A DNA stretch of 64,000 bases from Owenia fusiformis. Its lineage: Eukaryota. Positions 48,797 to 62,500 of the stretch are shown in pieces. The stretch spans positions 6,200,001 to 6,264,000 of the forward strand of contig CAIIXF020000001.1 of the NCBI GenBank assembly GCA_903813345.2, in the 5' to 3' direction. A model generated the notes under the pieces. The model did not search any database, was not told where the DNA came from, and saw only the letters and a program-made list of their open reading frames with translations. Every line of letters starts with the position of its first letter. Positions within the stretch are counted from its first letter, which is position 1. A program made the position numbers and the translations under genes.

Positions 48797-49982
48797 TTAA
48801 AGGGGGCGCGACAAGCCATGTAGAGAAAAAATAGGAAAAATGTCTGAGCTATCAAGGCATCATTTGGCATACATATTTTCTTTAAACGTACGGATAAACT
48901 ATCAATTTCAGCATTAAGAAGTTCAATTCAAAGCTTCAAAAAGGGGAAATTCACTTTTATAATTTTAAGATTCTCCATGTTTCAAGAGGAGTATCAGCTG
49001 AAATAATGTTTATCTAGGGGGATTTTTTGTAGATAATAAAAATAGATGTACCTCCATAAGTTTGGCAACCTTTTTTCCACCATTGAACTACGTGTTAAAG
49101 CCTCTTTACCTTTGAATTTTTATTTACTTAACCTGCGATGAAAATACTTAAACTATTAATGGAAACGTAATTTGACTTTAATTCCAATACCTCCAAATTT
49201 TCTCAATTTTTTTCCTCAATTACAATAGGTCGAAAATTGATGATAAATTTGATGAATTTTTGAAAATCGACATTCCCATGTTAACCAATGGGAAATGGTA
49301 GGTTTGCCGCAAGTCATACGACAGAATATCCATCCATCCGAGTCCTTGCAAAAAATACGAGTTAGACAGGCAATTGAATTTGCTAACTTTATTTAACAAA
49401 AAATTGATATGTTTCTTCAGGTTCAACAAAGTTATAGGGCTTTAAAGTCAAAATTGTTTTTCAAAAAACCTCTCCCATTGAAATAACACAGGAGGCGAAA
49501 AATTATTTTCAAAATTGACTTTGAAGCGCTGTAACTTTAATATTCATCAAATAAACTAAACACTTAGTGTTCAAAAAAGTTAGACAATTCAATTTTCTAT
49601 ATAAAAATATTTTTTGCTGAATCTTTTACTGAAAAAGTATCCTGATTTCTGATTTGCCCCGAACCCTCCATTTCCCATTGGATTACATGGGAATGACGAT
49701 TTTCAAAAATTCATCAAATTTATCATCAATTTTCGACCTATTGTAATTGAGGAAAAAAATTGAGAAAATTTGGAGGTATTGGAAATAAAGTCAAGTTACG
49801 TTTCCATTAATATTATGAGTTATTTCATCGCCGGTTAAGTAAATAAAAATGCAAACGTAAAGAGGCTTTAACACATAGTTCAATGGGGAAAAAAGGTTGC
49901 CAAACTTATGGAGGGGAGTGTAAGTCGATGAAATATATTTTGACGTTGAATGGCCCCTATGCACTAATTGTTGCACCTTTAA
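48797..49982. mobile_element. Kolobok-like (TTAA-flanked) element with an internal inverted repeat of about 220 bp
   Basis: TTAAAGGGGGCGCGACA...TGTTGCACCTTTAA; 49051-49270 and 49698-49914 are inverted. Confidence 0.55.
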
Positions 49983-50527
49983 GTCTAAACGATTAGATTT
50001 ACATATTGTTTTGATTTGCATACTGAACAAATAATTTGAACAGAATAAGTTACGAAATCCGACTCTTAAGCCAAATTACATTTGAATGACTTAACAATGA
50101 GAAAAGGTTTACTAAACTGATTAATAAAACAATCAATGGACGTTTATTAAAAAGAAAAACCAGTACAAGTCGTTATACAAATATTGTGTTAAACTTATTC
50201 AGAAGATAAGCAGGCTTCACATGTTTTCAGTCACGCCTGCCAAAAATAAACCTAGCCAAACGAGACAAATTGCTTGAAACGCTTGATTCAACTTTTTCCA
50301 ACATTGTACCATTTCGAATAAATATCACATACCTGAAAATTCACCTAATAATAGCATGACGTGCTCCAAGTTAAGATCGATAATTTAACGGTGTACCATA
50401 TGAAGTACAGTATTTATGGTGGACTACTTGCAATAGGACAGATTTTCAGCAAGCACTTTCTCAAAGTAAATGTGCCATAAACTAAAAACACCAGTGGATC
50501 GTCACATACGATAAAAGGGAATAAAAG

Positions 50528-52231
50528 ATGGCCAGGCCGATGAAAGTAAAGAAAATACTGTACATAAGTATCACAATTGTTATGATATTCGTTATACTAT
50601 CATATAAACATACAACAAAAGATACTGTATTAAAACGTCGTGATATTCCTATTGATAGAACCACTGAAATCAAAGAAATATCCTTGGCGACAATGGACGT
50701 TTTTGATAAAGATGATTTGACTTTACCAGATGGCTGGTGGGTTTCGCGCAAAGATATATGGAAAGAGGAGAACGACTGTGGAACTGAAGGACTTCAGTCA
50801 CACTGTGCAAAGGTATTAGTCACAAAGTGTCGACCTAAATCTAAAAACATGAACTTATTCATACCTTTAAAGCAAAATGAGGCACTGAGAGGATTTTATT
50901 TGTCACTTAGAAGCAGTGGAAAGAATCTTGTCATGAACAGAACTCTTTTCAGTGATGATGTATTTTTCTTTGGTGCAATGGTAGCCGTGCGACATTCTGA
51001 CTTTTCTACCCAGATATTGGAGATGAGTCTTCCACCAGGAGGTGAAGGATACACAAAATCTGACCTTCATATTGTCCCATTCGGAAAAGCCAGTGTAACA
51101 AGCATAACAATTGCCTTAACTTGCCATGGATTTGTTGGAAAGGCAAAATTTACGGATATACAACTTAAACCAATTCTTAACACTCAATTGTCCGACATTT
51201 CACCTTCAGATTTTGTTGAATCATGTCCAACTTTGCCTTCACCACTTCCTGATACGCCCAAGTTTAAAATGAAGCATGTTGTCATATCAAAGGGCAAGTT
51301 TGACGTAGAGAATAGTATGTTAACACTAATAACCCAACTGTCATTAGCTCGTTTGGATGCACTAGAACGAGTAATTAAAATATGGGATGGCCCTGTCGCA
51401 GCACTAGTTGTCTACGTACCCTTGGTTGAAGGTGATGACATTGAAGACCAGGAAAAACAGAGACAGCTTGCACACACCAGGATCATGAAAGTTTTAAACT
51501 CAGGAAGGATACGGAACTGTCATATAATATACGTTTATGGTAACCAGCCGGATGAAGAGTATCCGGTGAATCATCTACGAAACATTGGTATACGTACTGT
51601 CAAAACTGAATATATGTTCATTTTAGATGTCGATTTTATTCCCTCTTCAGATTTTCAAAAGTCATTTGAACTTGCCTTCAAAAGACAATATCAAACGGCA
51701 TCTGAAGCAAGATTTAAAAAGGAAGTATATGTTTCCCCGGCGTTTGAATGCGTACAGGCCTGTGGCGAAGGGCATTTACCCCGACAAAAGCGTGATCTCA
51801 TAGATACTGTCAGTAAAAAGAAGCCCGATGTTCAGATTTTTCGAGGACGTGTTGCCCCTGATGCTCATGGGTCAACTGATTATGCACAGTGGTATACTAC
51901 CGACAAGATGTATAGTACCACGAATTATCAAAACAGTTACGAACCGTACATAATAATTCGTAAACATGACAATATCCCTGTTTTCGATGAACGTTTCAGC
52001 GCCTACGGCATGAATAAAGTCGGCTTTATGATGGAATTAAAAGCGTCCGGATATGAGTTTGTTGTCCTACCTGACTGTTGGGTCACGCATGTGCCCCATG
52101 AGAACAGTCCTGACAAAAACAAATTCTTGCATAGTCGTATTGAAAAGCTCAAGAATCGTATACTGAGATTCGAATATTTGTTAGATTTGAGCAGAAAGTA
52201 CAGAATTGGAAAATGTCAAACTCAAACTTAA
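50528..52231 (+). CDS. Type II membrane glycosyltransferase, GT49 family (LARGE C-terminal / B4GAT1-like glucuronyltransferase), with a putative N-terminal jelly-roll module; intronless CDS, 567 aa
   Basis: N-terminal TM ILYISITIVMIFVILSY; GT49 motifs TLITQLSLARL...WDGP, YPVNHLRNIG, YMFILDVDFIP (DxD), VYVSPAFE, YEPYIII, FDERFSAYGMNK, GYEFVVLPDCWVTHVPH. Confidence 0.92.
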   Translation: MARPMKVKKILYISITIVMIFVILSYKHTTKDTVLKRRDIPIDRTTEIKEISLATMDVFDKDDLTLPDGWWVSRKDIWKEENDCGTEGLQSHCAKVLVTKCRPKSKNMNLFIPLKQNEALRGFYLSLRSSGKNLVMNRTLFSDDVFFFGAMVAVRHSDFSTQILEMSLPPGGEGYTKSDLHIVPFGKASVTSITIALTCHGFVGKAKFTDIQLKPILNTQLSDISPSDFVESCPTLPSPLPDTPKFKMKHVVISKGKFDVENSMLTLITQLSLARLDALERVIKIWDGPVAALVVYVPLVEGDDIEDQEKQRQLAHTRIMKVLNSGRIRNCHIIYVYGNQPDEEYPVNHLRNIGIRTVKTEYMFILDVDFIPSSDFQKSFELAFKRQYQTASEARFKKEVYVSPAFECVQACGEGHLPRQKRDLIDTVSKKKPDVQIFRGRVAPDAHGSTDYAQWYTTDKMYSTTNYQNSYEPYIIIRKHDNIPVFDERFSAYGMNKVGFMMELKASGYEFVVLPDCWVTHVPHENSPDKNKFLHSRIEKLKNRILRFEYLLDLSRKYRIGKCQTQT

Positions 52232-53311
52232 GTATCCAAAAGGATTAAGTATTGTTATCCTATATGTATATTATTATTTCACAATGTACAATTACTCTTA
52301 TGGCTTTTATGTATATTCACCCATGGTAAATAGTGTAGTGACCAGTGCAATACATGCCGAGGATATATACGAGGGTCGTTTAATAAGTATTGATACAAAT
52401 GCTCTCATTCTTGAGGAATCAACATGAACTATTCAGGAATTTAATGTACTACGTAGGTTTAAGTGCTGACAATTTGTTATGAATTTATTCCTAGCAGTTA
52501 GTAGGCAACAACACATTTAATATATAAAGATGAGTTAGACTAAGACCAAGACAAAAAGCAGCTTCTTCTTTCCTCGCTTTAACTGCAAGAGGCATGTATG
52601 TATATCATCAGTATCATTCTATGGGACCATTACATTGCAATGTTCTTTGATTTGCGTGCATCGAAATCATGTTCTTTTACAATTGATTCCATTTTGCTCA
52701 AATCATACATTAGTTGTCATCATTTATTAAACAATGTAATCTAAAAAAGTAAACAATTAGGTGCTTTAGTGTATAAATCAATATTGTTCATATAGCGGAT
52801 TTGTTTGTTAGTGTTATACGATGTATGTCGTGGTATGAACAGAAACGGGTCATACTGAAGAATTGGATTAGTATTCGCCAAAGAATTTACATTTGTATGG
52901 TGATTTTATATTAATCTATAAGTGCGTGTAGACTATTGAAACATCCACAGGCGTAACAGGATAACAGCATTGTCAAATTGTCTCTTTTCGTATTTTGTAC
53001 ATCTTTCGATGCTGCTAAGCCTAAATTAAAAATACGAGGGTATATCAATTAATACTCATAAATGTCTCTTAAAGTTTTTTTTCATTAAAACGTTTTTTGT
53101 AATATAGGTGGGCAAAAAAGAGTCCACATTTTTTATTTCGATACAACTTTTTACTATTATAATAATCATGCCTCAAATAACATTTACAGATTGTGATTTT
53201 ATACATTCAACCAGAGGAAAATGTTATGTTAAATGTATATAGACTATTATTACCACCTTGCCGGGCCAGTTCTAGGGGTTTTAGTGCTAGTTTAGAAGGC
53301 GTTTATTTTAC

Positions 53312-53800
53312 TTTATTATATACCTCAAATGTATTCTAGATGCTCATTGGCTTATTCATGGTCACATGACATGGAATAGATGAACTAATTCCCTGGAAAG
53401 TCCTAAATCCCTGCTTTCAGGGAAGATGAATTGTACTAATCACCAGTTAGGTCATGTGACCAGTCAATAGTACGTTTTATCTTCCCCCAAATCTGAGATT
53501 ATAGCAGTTGAAAGGTAAAATGCCTTTAAATGCCAATAGGAACCTGTGAACATTTGATATTGAAATGAAAGACTTCTTATTTTGTTTTTGTTTACAGAGT
53601 ACTTATCAGGTATATAATAAAACAAATAGTGACTGCCACATTTTCGGGAAATAGTGTAAAAAATTTCCTCTCGGGAATATCCTGTCCACTGACTTGTTCC
53701 CTCGGCCTGCAGCCTCGGGAACATGTCATGCAGTGGACAGGATATTCCCTTGAGGAAAATATTTTGCACTATTTCCCTCAATGGCAGTCACTATTTGTAC
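53312..53800. mobile_element. Palindromic non-autonomous element, possibly Crypton-like
   Basis: ttttattatatacct / aggtatataataaaa inverted pair (53312-53621), then a palindrome at 53623-53797 centred on cctcggcctgcagcctcggg. Confidence 0.5.
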
Positions 53801-53951
53801 AATATCGACCTGAGAAATGTGTGACGTCATAGTGGTGGTCCATATGGACCGGTCTAGAATACATTCTGGACCGGCAATTTTCCCCGGGAAATTAGATATC
53901 GTTCAATGCGTAAGATTTTCTTGCTGTTTCAGTCCTGGTCGTTAACGGTGG

Positions 53952-54071
53952 TAATAATACTAATAACGTCAATTCTGCGGGCGATATAGTGAAATATTGG
54001 ACCTTGGGCCTTCGGCCCCCGGTCCAATATTTCACTATATCGCCCTTAGAAATGACGTTATTGTACTATTA
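53952..54071. repeat. Near-perfect hairpin capped by C(TTCG)G
   Basis: GGGCGATATAGTGAAATATTGGACC-ttGGGCC-TTCG-GCCCcc-GGTCCAATATTTCACTATATCGCCC, extended by aataacgtca/tgacgttatt. Confidence 0.85.
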
Positions 54072-54536
54072 TATGGATTGGTTCAACTTCAAGAAAAATG
54101 AAACTGGTAGCTAGGCGAAAGTCCGGATGAAAATGATGATCTCTCATTGCCTTTATATTTATTATTAATTTGAATCTTAAAGGACAATAAAGAAACTGGT
54201 TGTTTAATATGTGGGCTCCATCAAGCACCATGCTGATCTTTCTTGCCACATATAAGATGTCAGAATAAGACACATTTTCCTGAATCACCGTGTTTCCTTG
54301 ATGCTGGATCAGTTTTTCTTAATCTTACTTATTTTTCTAATATTCCATTTTTGTGTGGAATTTATTTCAGAATATACTGAACACCTTACCCCGTGTGTTT
54401 CTCTGCTTGGTTGAATAATATATATGTCAATTTGGTTCTTTAATTTGAGGCATGACTAATATCAGTGTAAAATTGTTTCTTTAAATAACATTCTGAAATC
54501 TGTAATTTTTTAAATAGACCCATAGTGTCTGCACAG

Positions 54537-55003
54537 TTATTGCACAGTTGGATTTAGTGTTTCAGATTTTCAATTTAAGTTATTGCACAGTTGGATTTAG
54601 TTTTTCAGATTTTCAATTTAAGTTATTGCACAGTAAGGTTTTTCAGATTTTCAATTTAAGTTATTGCACAGTTGGATTTAGTTTTTCAGATTTTCAATTT
54701 AAGTTATTGCACAGTTGGATTTAGTTTTTCAGATTTTCAATTTAAGTTATTGCACAGTTGGATTTAGTTTTTCAGATTTTCAATTTAAGTTATTGCACAG
54801 TAAGGTTTTTCAGATTTTCAATTTAAGTTATTGCACAGTTGGATTTAGTTTTTCAGATTTTCAATATAAGTTATTGCACAGTTGGATTTAGTTTTTCAGA
54901 TTTTCAATTTAAGTTATTGCACAGTTGGATTTAGTTTTTCAGATTTTCAATTTAAGTTATTGCACAGTTGGATTTAGTTTTTCAGATTTTCAATTTAAGT
55001 TAT
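54537..55003. repeat. Minisatellite, 43-bp unit, about 11 copies (two 38-bp variants)
   Basis: Unit ttattgcacagttggatttagtttttcagattttcaatttaag. Confidence 0.95.
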
Positions 55004-55044
55004 GACGTCAATATGAGCTCAAATCCTGGACCAAGTACCCCTAC

Positions 55045-56548
55045 CACGCCTAACCATCGCGTAAGCAGGCGTCACCATACAGCGTCAAAAATACAGTAGT
55101 ACAAATTTTTGTACGCTGACGAAAATTAACAGAGTTGAAGTAAAAACTGTAATGAGGGTTTAAAAAATTAATTCGATGAAAATAAATACGATTTCGGGTG
55201 TAATAAAAACAACATTCTCTTAGAAATGGTTTCAACTTTCTAATTATGATTAAAGTTTTTCGAGCACTGCTCGGATTTTTTCTGACTGGATCGGCCCACA
55301 TAGTCGACTCGAAAAAAAGTTGTTTTTCTCACTTTTTGTTTGGTTATTATTTTCCCTGTCGTCTGAGAGTATGGATAATTTTTATGAGAATATGTATTTG
55401 TTACCTACACATTTTAAAACAGATGAAGATTCGGCAAATATACATTCACTGGATATATTTTAAAAAGATCAGATCTGTACGGTGACGCATCTGCTGTACG
55501 GTGACGATTCCTTAGAATTTATGAAGTGTAATATATGAGCTTATTAACGTAAGATTCCATAAGTTTTTGTGTGGAAATTCAAATATTGTATCCCATTCAA
55601 CATTGAAAAATATCAATTCTTATGTTTCCATTCATTCCGGATAACAAGGATTAAATACTGAAACACATTCAACTCGAAGCTTACTGTTCGAACAAGAGGT
55701 AAAGAAGTGTCAGATCTACATGTACATTATCACTGGTAAGTATCAAGCGAAGGTATGCGGCCGTCACCTTCGCATTTAAGATGGCGGACAGGAAGTATTT
55801 ATTTCGATATTTTCAGTTTTCATGGAATTAACTATTTGAAAGTTGACGTAATGCTTTGATATCATTTGAACTAAACCAAGCTTTTCTCATATGACTAACA
55901 AAGATAGCCTAGAGCCATCTTCACCCCATGCAAAATATAGCATCTTTCATCCTAAAAAGTCACACGTGTAAGATGAGATTTAGTTGTGACATCACTTGTT
56001 TAAAAACATCAATAACATAGCAACAAATATACTGAGTTTTTGGTTTCATGATCCTTACCATATCATACATTTCCATTAACCTTCCATTAAGCGTCACCGT
56101 ACAGCTGATGCGTCGCCGCACAAATCTGATCTTTTTTAAATACACACAATGAATGGTTATTTGCTGAATCTTCGCCCGTTCTAAAATGTGTAAGTAACAA
56201 ATACATATTCTCATACAAATAATCCATACTCTCAGACGGTGGGAAAAATAATAACCAAACGAAATGTGGAAAAATCAACTTTTTTCACTTTGGGTCGATT
56301 TTGTGGGCCGATTCACTCAGAAAAAATCCGGACAGTGCTCGTAAAACTTTTATTATGTTTAGAAAGTTAAAACCATTTCTAAGAGAATGCTGTTTTTATT
56401 TCACATGAAATCGTATTTGTTTTCATCAAATTAATTTTATTAAAACCTTTGCCATAGTTTTTGCTTCAAAGCAGTCAATTTGCGTCACCGTACAGAAAAC
56501 TGTACTCCGCTATTTTTTGACGCTGTATTGAGACGATGGTTAGGCGTG
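55045..56548. mobile_element. Transib-like non-autonomous element (CAC...GTG ends, 5-bp TSD, TIRs of about 460 bp)
   Basis: CCTAC|CACGCCTAACCATCG...CGATGGTTAGGCGTG|CCTAC; 55045-55506 and 56091-56548 are inverted. Confidence 0.8.
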
Positions 56549-59500
56549 CCTACCACAGGGTAGGAAATGTGTGATTCGAAAGTTCTATCAATAATTCATT
56601 CTGAAAATTCCCTGCTGTATAGGCATATAAATTGTGTAAATTATGATTTCCTTTTCTTAGAAAAAGGTTTTTATCAGAACTTCTGGATCGGCCTTTGTAA
56701 AACAGTTTATATGTCTCTGACTAGTAGCAACCGGCTAAAACGACCAATAGTAATGGAGCAAGCAAAAATCCACTTTTTGATTGCCTTTTTCTGTTTTTGT
56801 CAACCAAAAAACTATGGTTTAAATTACATCATATGACTCCTTAGAGTGAAATATTAAAAATGTAATTCAAGCTGTATATCTTTTTATTGGTACAGCGCAC
56901 CGTACTCCAACGCCTTGCATAAAATTTGATTCGTTAGTGTACCGTGGCGTACTTCGTGTGTTCAATGGTCAAGTTGCTACAGCCCCCATGTCTACATGTA
57001 TGTCAAAGCAAGACCTAAAACCCATAACATCATACCCTTTGCATTCGTTCGACTTCATTTCTTAAAAGAGAGCTTCGTCTTCGGTAGTATATAACTAGAC
57101 ACTGTGCGCAGGGTAATCATACCAAGATATTTCATACAACTGAGAAATACAATAGTTTAACAGTATGCCTTACTTCCTAGCTATACTTAAATCGGTTGGT
57201 TTGCTGCATCAGTGGTTTTAGGTCATTTCTTAAATAAACCTCTTTTCTGTGTTAACTAAAAGTTTCAAATTTTTTTCCATTTGTATGGTAAAATATAAAG
57301 ATGCAAGCAAAGGTTTTGGTAAAAAATAAATATACCGGCTACTGTTATTCTGTAAAATTCTCAGAGATATAAGAAACAACGGGATTTAAATCAACAATTT
57401 CAACTGACTTACCGATAAATAATTCTGTACACCTGAAATATATCATCTCCCAAAAGATCAATGAAATCTTGTTGAATTATTGATCAGTTTATCTAATCGG
57501 TGTACGAAGATGTAAAGATTCTCACAAATAAATGTGGAAACCCTTATTCATAAACAATTAAATGCATGTTATGTATAAATAATGTATGCAAACACCTCGT
57601 TCTCCTTGAGATTATTCAGAAAAATACATAACTTTATGACAAGGAATAAAGAAAATGAGCCAATAAATCAAAGCATACTTTTTGGACGGTGTGCTCGCCA
57701 GGATCATACTGCAAAATGTGTTTCAATGAATACAAATACCATAATTAAAGGGACTCGCATGTCAAATTATTTATTTTGACATGATCTTATGCAATGAGTG
57801 TTCAAATACAATTAAACTATGTATTTCTAAGTTGGCACATTCAACAAGGGGAAAATAGATTCTGATAAAAATTGAAGTTAAAGTATATAACAATTGATCC
57901 ATTCAGTTAGCCAATAGTGCGAAAGTAAGCAAGTCAATTTAAAATGTGATGTTCAAAAGGCTCATATCACGATATAGGCTGCTGCAGGCAATATCTTTGG
58001 TATTTGAATGGCCCACCTTGAAGATGACAAAAGATGTGAGATAAACATTAAATCTAAGCTACTTTAAGCATACAGTCTTCCTTTTGAATCAAAAAGAGTG
58101 GACCTACTTTTACATAATTATTACCGGATAAGATTGTTCGTAGTATCAAAGCATTTTGATGAAATATCCAGAAGCAAGAACTCCTTCAAGAAAATAAGCA
58201 CATTGAATGCTGTTAGCAAAACACCACGCACTTTTAGAAATTAAACCTATAATTTATAAATGTACATTTCAAATTAATCTATGAATTTCTGAGTCGTTCT
58301 TTATAGGTACATTGCATGTTAATATATGACAATTAACTCAGTTGATAATGTCTGTTGAAAGTAATTGTACTTTATTGTATGCTGGTCAATACAAATTCAC
58401 TCTCAGGCATGTAGCCCGCATAGAGCCAGGATTTGACGGTTTTACCTTTTACTCCCCTTTTCATTCGCTTCGCTTCTTAAAAGAGAGTTTCGTCGACGTT
58501 TATAACCATTTGACTACTTTGATCGTAAAAATAAGGAAATAATAGAGAATTTTCGTTATAAGTTTTTTAAAAACTTATACGTATACTTATACTTATAAAC
58601 CCACGCATTTAGTGCAGTCCTATACCCACTAGGTTACAGTATAGTAAAATTCATTTTGAATCAATAACTTTGAGGAATGATAATCAGTCCTCAATGCAGA
58701 GTTCAGGCCTTGAATTCTTAATTATAAGGGATTTGAAATGACGGAGATACAATCAAAGGACTTTTGTGAGAAATAGTATATAGCAATCGACGATTTCTTC
58801 CCCTAGGAAAATTCCAACCGATGTGAATATCTAATGACGTAAATCAAGATTATTTCTACTCGCATCTAGCTATTTAGTTATTTACATGTAAAATTGCATC
58901 TCGAAAGGTGGTTCAAAAAAGTATTTACCAATCTAATCTTCTTTGTTTACATTAACGTAAATCATTAAATGAAATCTGCAGTCTTCCGGGTTTTATCTGG
59001 GTTTGTATTGTCTTATTTGGGCTTTTCGACTTTAAAACAAACCTTACCTAAATGGATTTGTGTCTCGGGAACATTTTTGTAAATAGTTATTGTAAACAAT
59101 TCTGAAAGAATATCACATATTTTTGTCTTCCCGATTTCAGTCATGAATTACGTCAATTTCGCTTGCAAACATTGGGTAGACGTTGTCATTACCGGATGCC
59201 CAAAGGTGCTAGGAACACTTAGAGGGTGCAGATAAATCGTAATTTTACTGAGTGGCTTCACGAAAAAATAAACTGGGTTATATGCCACCTTAAAGTTGTA
59301 TCGATATCGAATGAACTTTTTCCACTATAGCTAATAGTAACTCAGTTAGTATCATCCTGCTGTGGACCACTCCAGTGATAATGAATGAATAGTGTTCCAC
59401 ATTTTTTAATGGAACGTTCATTACAGTAATTATATTGAATGGTAAACAGCAAGTATGAAATACTTGGCACATACAATGATAATAGCAATGTTTGCCTAGA

Positions 59501-62500
59501 TATAACGTAAAATGTGATGTGTCCTAGTATTTTGTTACTGTTCTTGTTCTGGAAATCCCGAGAAATTTTGACCGAGGGTACGAACACCTCGAACCCCCGG
59601 TTGCTACGGGAATACTTCTTCAAAGCATATCTACCTCATTACATTTCTAGTTGTGACTCAAAATATGTGAGGTAAAGTTGGCCACGTAGATTACTTCTGT
59701 CATGACCGTCGATTTAAATTTACGGCATCCGCAACGACGGCTCAGTATGACATTTGAATGAGATAAAATCACAACTTGTTATTACAACAATTTATTTTGG
59801 TACATTCTCAAAAATAATCCACTCGCATACATTCCTAACTGGATCACTTTCAAACCTTGTATTTTGACGCTAGGCATCTGTCCATCTATTATATCTATCG
59901 AGGCATTCGATATTGATCATAAATTGATACAGTGTGCTTTTTCTGAATATGGTAATTGCACAATGAGTGAGCGGTCTATATATAGCGTGACCACTATGCC
60001 AACTGAGATTGAAATAGTATTGAAAAAATATTTGAAATCCATAACCATTTCCATTCGTTTGACTTCGGTTCAATAAGGGTAGCTTCGTCTTACTTGTTTT
60101 AATTGACCTCTACGCTCGACGAGTGAGCTAGAGTGATGCTGATTCGACGAAAAGACTGGCGCTGGTTAGAACTGTCTCTGGTCTTTGCCAGAATAAAGAG
60201 TACCTGACAGTTTTATAAGGGGAACTGTCTACTTTCACATATTAAATTGCATTATCTTACCTGTGGTGTCTCGTGTGAGCTAACTCAATTGAAAAAATGA
60301 AGTTAGAAATCCATGTGGTTACTTAATAAAGTTTTTTAATTCCTAAAGTGATATTTGAAAATTCAAATTCTAATCTTCATCATCGTATTTAGGAGGTATC
60401 ATGTGTTGTCCCCCGTCTGATCATTTGTTAGTTACGTGGATTATCATTGGCAGTTTTTAATTCTCTTCGGTATTTTATTTCCCAAAGACAGATTGTTTAA
60501 TTTAAAAGGAAGAGGTGCGATAATTGGCAAATACCCCCATGGTCAAAATTAACCATTCTTAGATTTAACATGGTGAATAGGATGTCATAAAATATTAAAG
60601 TGCTTGGGCACTCATTGGCTGAGATAGGGCAAGGTTGTATTGACTTACATGGGGCTGTGCATCATTGACTTAACATGTGGATATCATCAGATCCCAATAG
60701 AGGCCATTGGTTTCAATTGATTATCACACAGATACCAAAAATACACTTTGACCTAAATCGATTGCAAACTTAATAATTTCACAATATGATACAAATTGTT
60801 TATCTCATTAAATGTGCAAATATGAAGTTTGCAATCAATTCAGGTCATACTTAATACTAAAAGATTGTACATTTTTCATCATTTTTCCCTACAAGATGGC
60901 TATAGAAAAATGCTCCAAAAACAACTTTTACACTTATCAAATATCATACAACTTTGTAAAACCAAAGATTTTACTATTATATATATATATTTCTTTATTT
61001 AGTAACATATTTGGATAAGATGTAGGGATGTGTAGGATGCAAATGGATTTTGATAGACACAAAAATACGTCCTGGTTTGGAACGTACGCCTCTACACTTC
61101 ATGATTTAATTATTACCCTAATAAGTGGTCTATACATCAATACAGTGCTGGATATAGGTCAACAAGATGCTAGTGTGCATATAAATGTAATAGTAAAAGC
61201 AGTGTATTCATTTTGAAAAATCAGATGAATTATTTTATTTCATGGGGAAATCATAATGGTGAGTGCACTACTTCCTTTGAAACTAAAGCTTATGCACATA
61301 ATACTTACCGCTTGTATTTTTCGCATGTTTACACATTTCTAATGCTCATAAATGTTTTAATGTAATTGTTTTTTAACTAATTGTACTATGCACTTGTCAA
61401 TTGGAGGAAATTATTCATAATTCCAAAGGAAAACACTTACATATTCAGTGAATTCTTTAACATTTTGAGAGCATAAAAATTGTCTTGATATTTCCTCCAG
61501 ATCACGTCATAAACAGTGACCTCTTTTAAACACAACTACTTCTAGAGATCTTCGATTCAAAGCAAAATATCTTCCTACAGGCCAATCCAATGTATAAATT
61601 AAAGAAGGGTGGCTTTCTCATAGGCAGCGATTCATCTTGTAGGGATGATTATAAAATTGTAAATGCAATACTGTTAAAGTCCCCGTCCGAGACGAGATTA
61701 TACTTTTTGACAGTACTGTTTTCGTGGGTCACCCTGTGCAAGAGTCCATGCTTTGACCATGGATGTTCGGTTTCTGTATAACTGGGAGATCCGAGTGATC
61801 ATACTAAATTATTGTTGGCTATCCTGAGCACCTAATGTCCTATACCCTAATAACCTCGATCTCTTATATGAGGAATACAAAAACACACGCATATTGTACA
61901 TTGTATATTGTTATTGTATGACATAATATTACCATAACCTGAGTTATCCAATTTTCAATTGTGACGCCACGTTAATGTCAACCTTAGCAACACATATACT
62001 ATTATGCTAAAAAATAATACTCGGCTCAGCATAATAAAAAGTATAATTAATCAACTTCGGAAGTATTACAAGCAGAAATGGAACTGAAGTTGAGTATTCG
62101 TGTATTTCAATTATTCAAATGTGCCATTTTTCATCTTTGTGTATCTGTTCAATAACATATTGCCTCATATGTCTATCAACGATATAAAGATCTGTTGTTG
62201 ATTTGGGAGTTGGTAAAACATAAAAATAATGCCATATTTTTGCTCAGTTTCTTATTGCAGGGTGGTTAAATTACTAGCTAAGCCCGGGTAGCTAAGCTAC
62301 AACAGCACCATCTAATTAATAGATGGCATGACTTAAGACTTGAAATTAGAAGTTTATCCATGAAGATTAAAGAGCGACATCTATCAATATACATGCCAGC
62401 ATACTATTACTGGTCTGCTAGCGAGGTAGGTTGGAAATATGGAATGTGCGGGGAAATAGCGAGAGTAGACAACATAGAAGGTAAGAATCATTTTTGAACT

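Noticed and set aside
54537-55003. Possible CRISPR array (43-bp period)
   Set aside because: No spacers; near-identical tandem units
55050-56278. Similar ORFs containing MRICICYLHIL on opposite strands
   Set aside because: Products of the long TIRs of the Transib-like element
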